DNA of 64,000 nucleotides from positions 640,001-704,000 of the forward strand of contig NZ_JAQNDL010000003.1 in the NCBI RefSeq assembly GCF_028368995.1, read 5' to 3'. The notes below the pieces were generated by a model, which ran no database searches, was not told where the DNA came from, and saw nothing but the letters and a program-made list of their open reading frames with translations. The position numbers were made by a program, and so were the translations under genes. This DNA is from Nannocystis bainbridge. GTDB taxonomy: Bacteria > Myxococcota_A > Polyangia > Nannocystales > Nannocystaceae. This document shows positions 63,113-64,000 of the stretch, piece after piece. Each line of letters begins with the position of its first letter. Positions within the stretch are counted from its first letter, which is position 1.

Positions 63113-63586
63113 GTGGCGCGATGGACGGACAGAGGGCTCGCCTTCACCGATCTGATCCTCGAGGTGTTCCGGCTCAACGGTCTCCTGCTCGCGGCCGGTG
63201 ACCAGCTCGCCGCGCCTTCGGGCCTCACCAGCGCGCGCTGGCAGGTGCTCGGCGTCGCCGATCACGGGCCGGTGACGGTCGCCCAGGTCGCGCGGACCAT
63301 GGGCCTGAAGCGCCAGAGCGTGCAGCAGACAGCTGACGCGCTCGCGCGTGACGGCTTCGTCGTGTTCGTCGACGACCCCGACGACGCCCGCGCCCGGCGC
63401 ATCGCCCTCACCACCGCCGGGCGTCGGGCCCTGCGCGCCGTCGAGGCGCGGCACGCAGTGTGGGTCGAGGGCCTGGCCGCGCGCGTCGACCTCACCGCGC
63501 TGCAGGCCACCGTCGCCGCCCTGCGCGACGCCGTGCACCTGCTGCAATCGCCGCCGCGCGCCCGTGGCCGCCCGAGAAAGGACTGA
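63113..63586 (+). CDS. MarR-family transcriptional regulator
   Basis: GLTSARWQVLG..TVAQVARTMGL.RQSVQ..AD.L...G...D..D.RAR...LT..G. Confidence 0.9.
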   Translation: MARWTDRGLAFTDLILEVFRLNGLLLAAGDQLAAPSGLTSARWQVLGVADHGPVTVAQVARTMGLKRQSVQQTADALARDGFVVFVDDPDDARARRIALTTAGRRALRAVEARHAVWVEGLAARVDLTALQATVAALRDAVHLLQSPPRARGRPRKD

Positions 63587-63594
63587 CGCCCCGC

Positions 63595-64000
63595 ATGCAC
63601 CCCGAGACGATGATCCCCGTGCTCCCGAGCGTGTCGCTCGCCGACACCCTCGCCTTTTACCGGCTGCTCGGCTTCGAGGTCACCTACCAGCAGGCCAGGC
63701 CTTACGTCTACGCGGCGACCCGCCGCGGCGGCATGGAGGTCCACTTCATGGGCATCCCGGAGCTCGACCCCAAGGGCGCCTACAGCACCTGCCTGGTGAT
63801 GGTGCCCGAGGTCGAGCAGCTGCACGCGACCTTCGCCGGGGCGCTGCGCGGCGGCTACGGCAAGCTGCCGATCGCCGGCATCCCGCGGATCACCCGCATG
63901 AAGCCGGGCCAGACCCGCTTCACGATCGTCGACGTCGCCGGCAACTCGCTCGTCTTCATCAAGAAGGACGCCGGCGGCAGCGAGGACGAGGAGCCGCTCG
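63595..64000 (+). CDS. VOC/glyoxalase-bleomycin resistance family protein (truncated by window end)
   Basis: MHPETMIPVLPSVSLADTLAFYRLLGFEVTYQQ..PY.Y...RF.IVD..GNSL, translated from the sequence. Confidence 0.8.
   Translation, partial: MHPETMIPVLPSVSLADTLAFYRLLGFEVTYQQARPYVYAATRRGGMEVHFMGIPELDPKGAYSTCLVMVPEVEQLHATFAGALRGGYGKLPIAGIPRITRMKPGQTRFTIVDVAGNSLVFIKKDAGGSEDEEPL

Overview
Very GC-rich bacterial DNA, almost certainly from a myxobacterium and probably Nannocystis-like. The evidence is an FHA-sigma54 activator, a PilZ/TIGR02266-like gene, a TIGR04551-like outer-membrane protein, Ser/Thr-rich lipoproteins and a giant Ser/Thr kinase. The window holds about 50 ordinary core and accessory genes, including pspA, uppS-cdsA, a GH92 enzyme, rof, a MoxR-DUF58-BatA operon, moeB, nagZ, radA, a carotenoid oxygenase, recA, a 5'-nucleotidase, cinA, a PP2C phosphatase, uvrD, a histidine kinase, a terpene synthase, an MMPL/LolA pair and a MarR regulator. 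I found no rRNA, tRNA, CRISPR array or intact IS element. The most striking signal is not a gene. A degenerate 14-bp dyad, TGYC-N6-GRCA, is stacked head-to-tail so that R-C(A/C)TG-Y or R-CAGG-Y cores recur at exact 14-bp intervals. These clusters of 2-7 units appear roughly every 1-3 kb, in many intergenic gaps and inside many unrelated CDSs, where they override the GC codon bias. This looks like the site layer of an undescribed chromosome-wide DNA-binding system (inference). Other points of interest are an Rpn-like PD-(D/E)XK gene with a candidate intragenic small protein, a GAAC-N4-GTTC SOS-like box inside the recA promoter, an orphan tail-tube-like gene, a six-repeat zinc-ribbon protein, tandem duplications anchored on stop codons, and frequent apparently leaderless promoters. 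All family assignments come from motif recognition by eye, not database searches.
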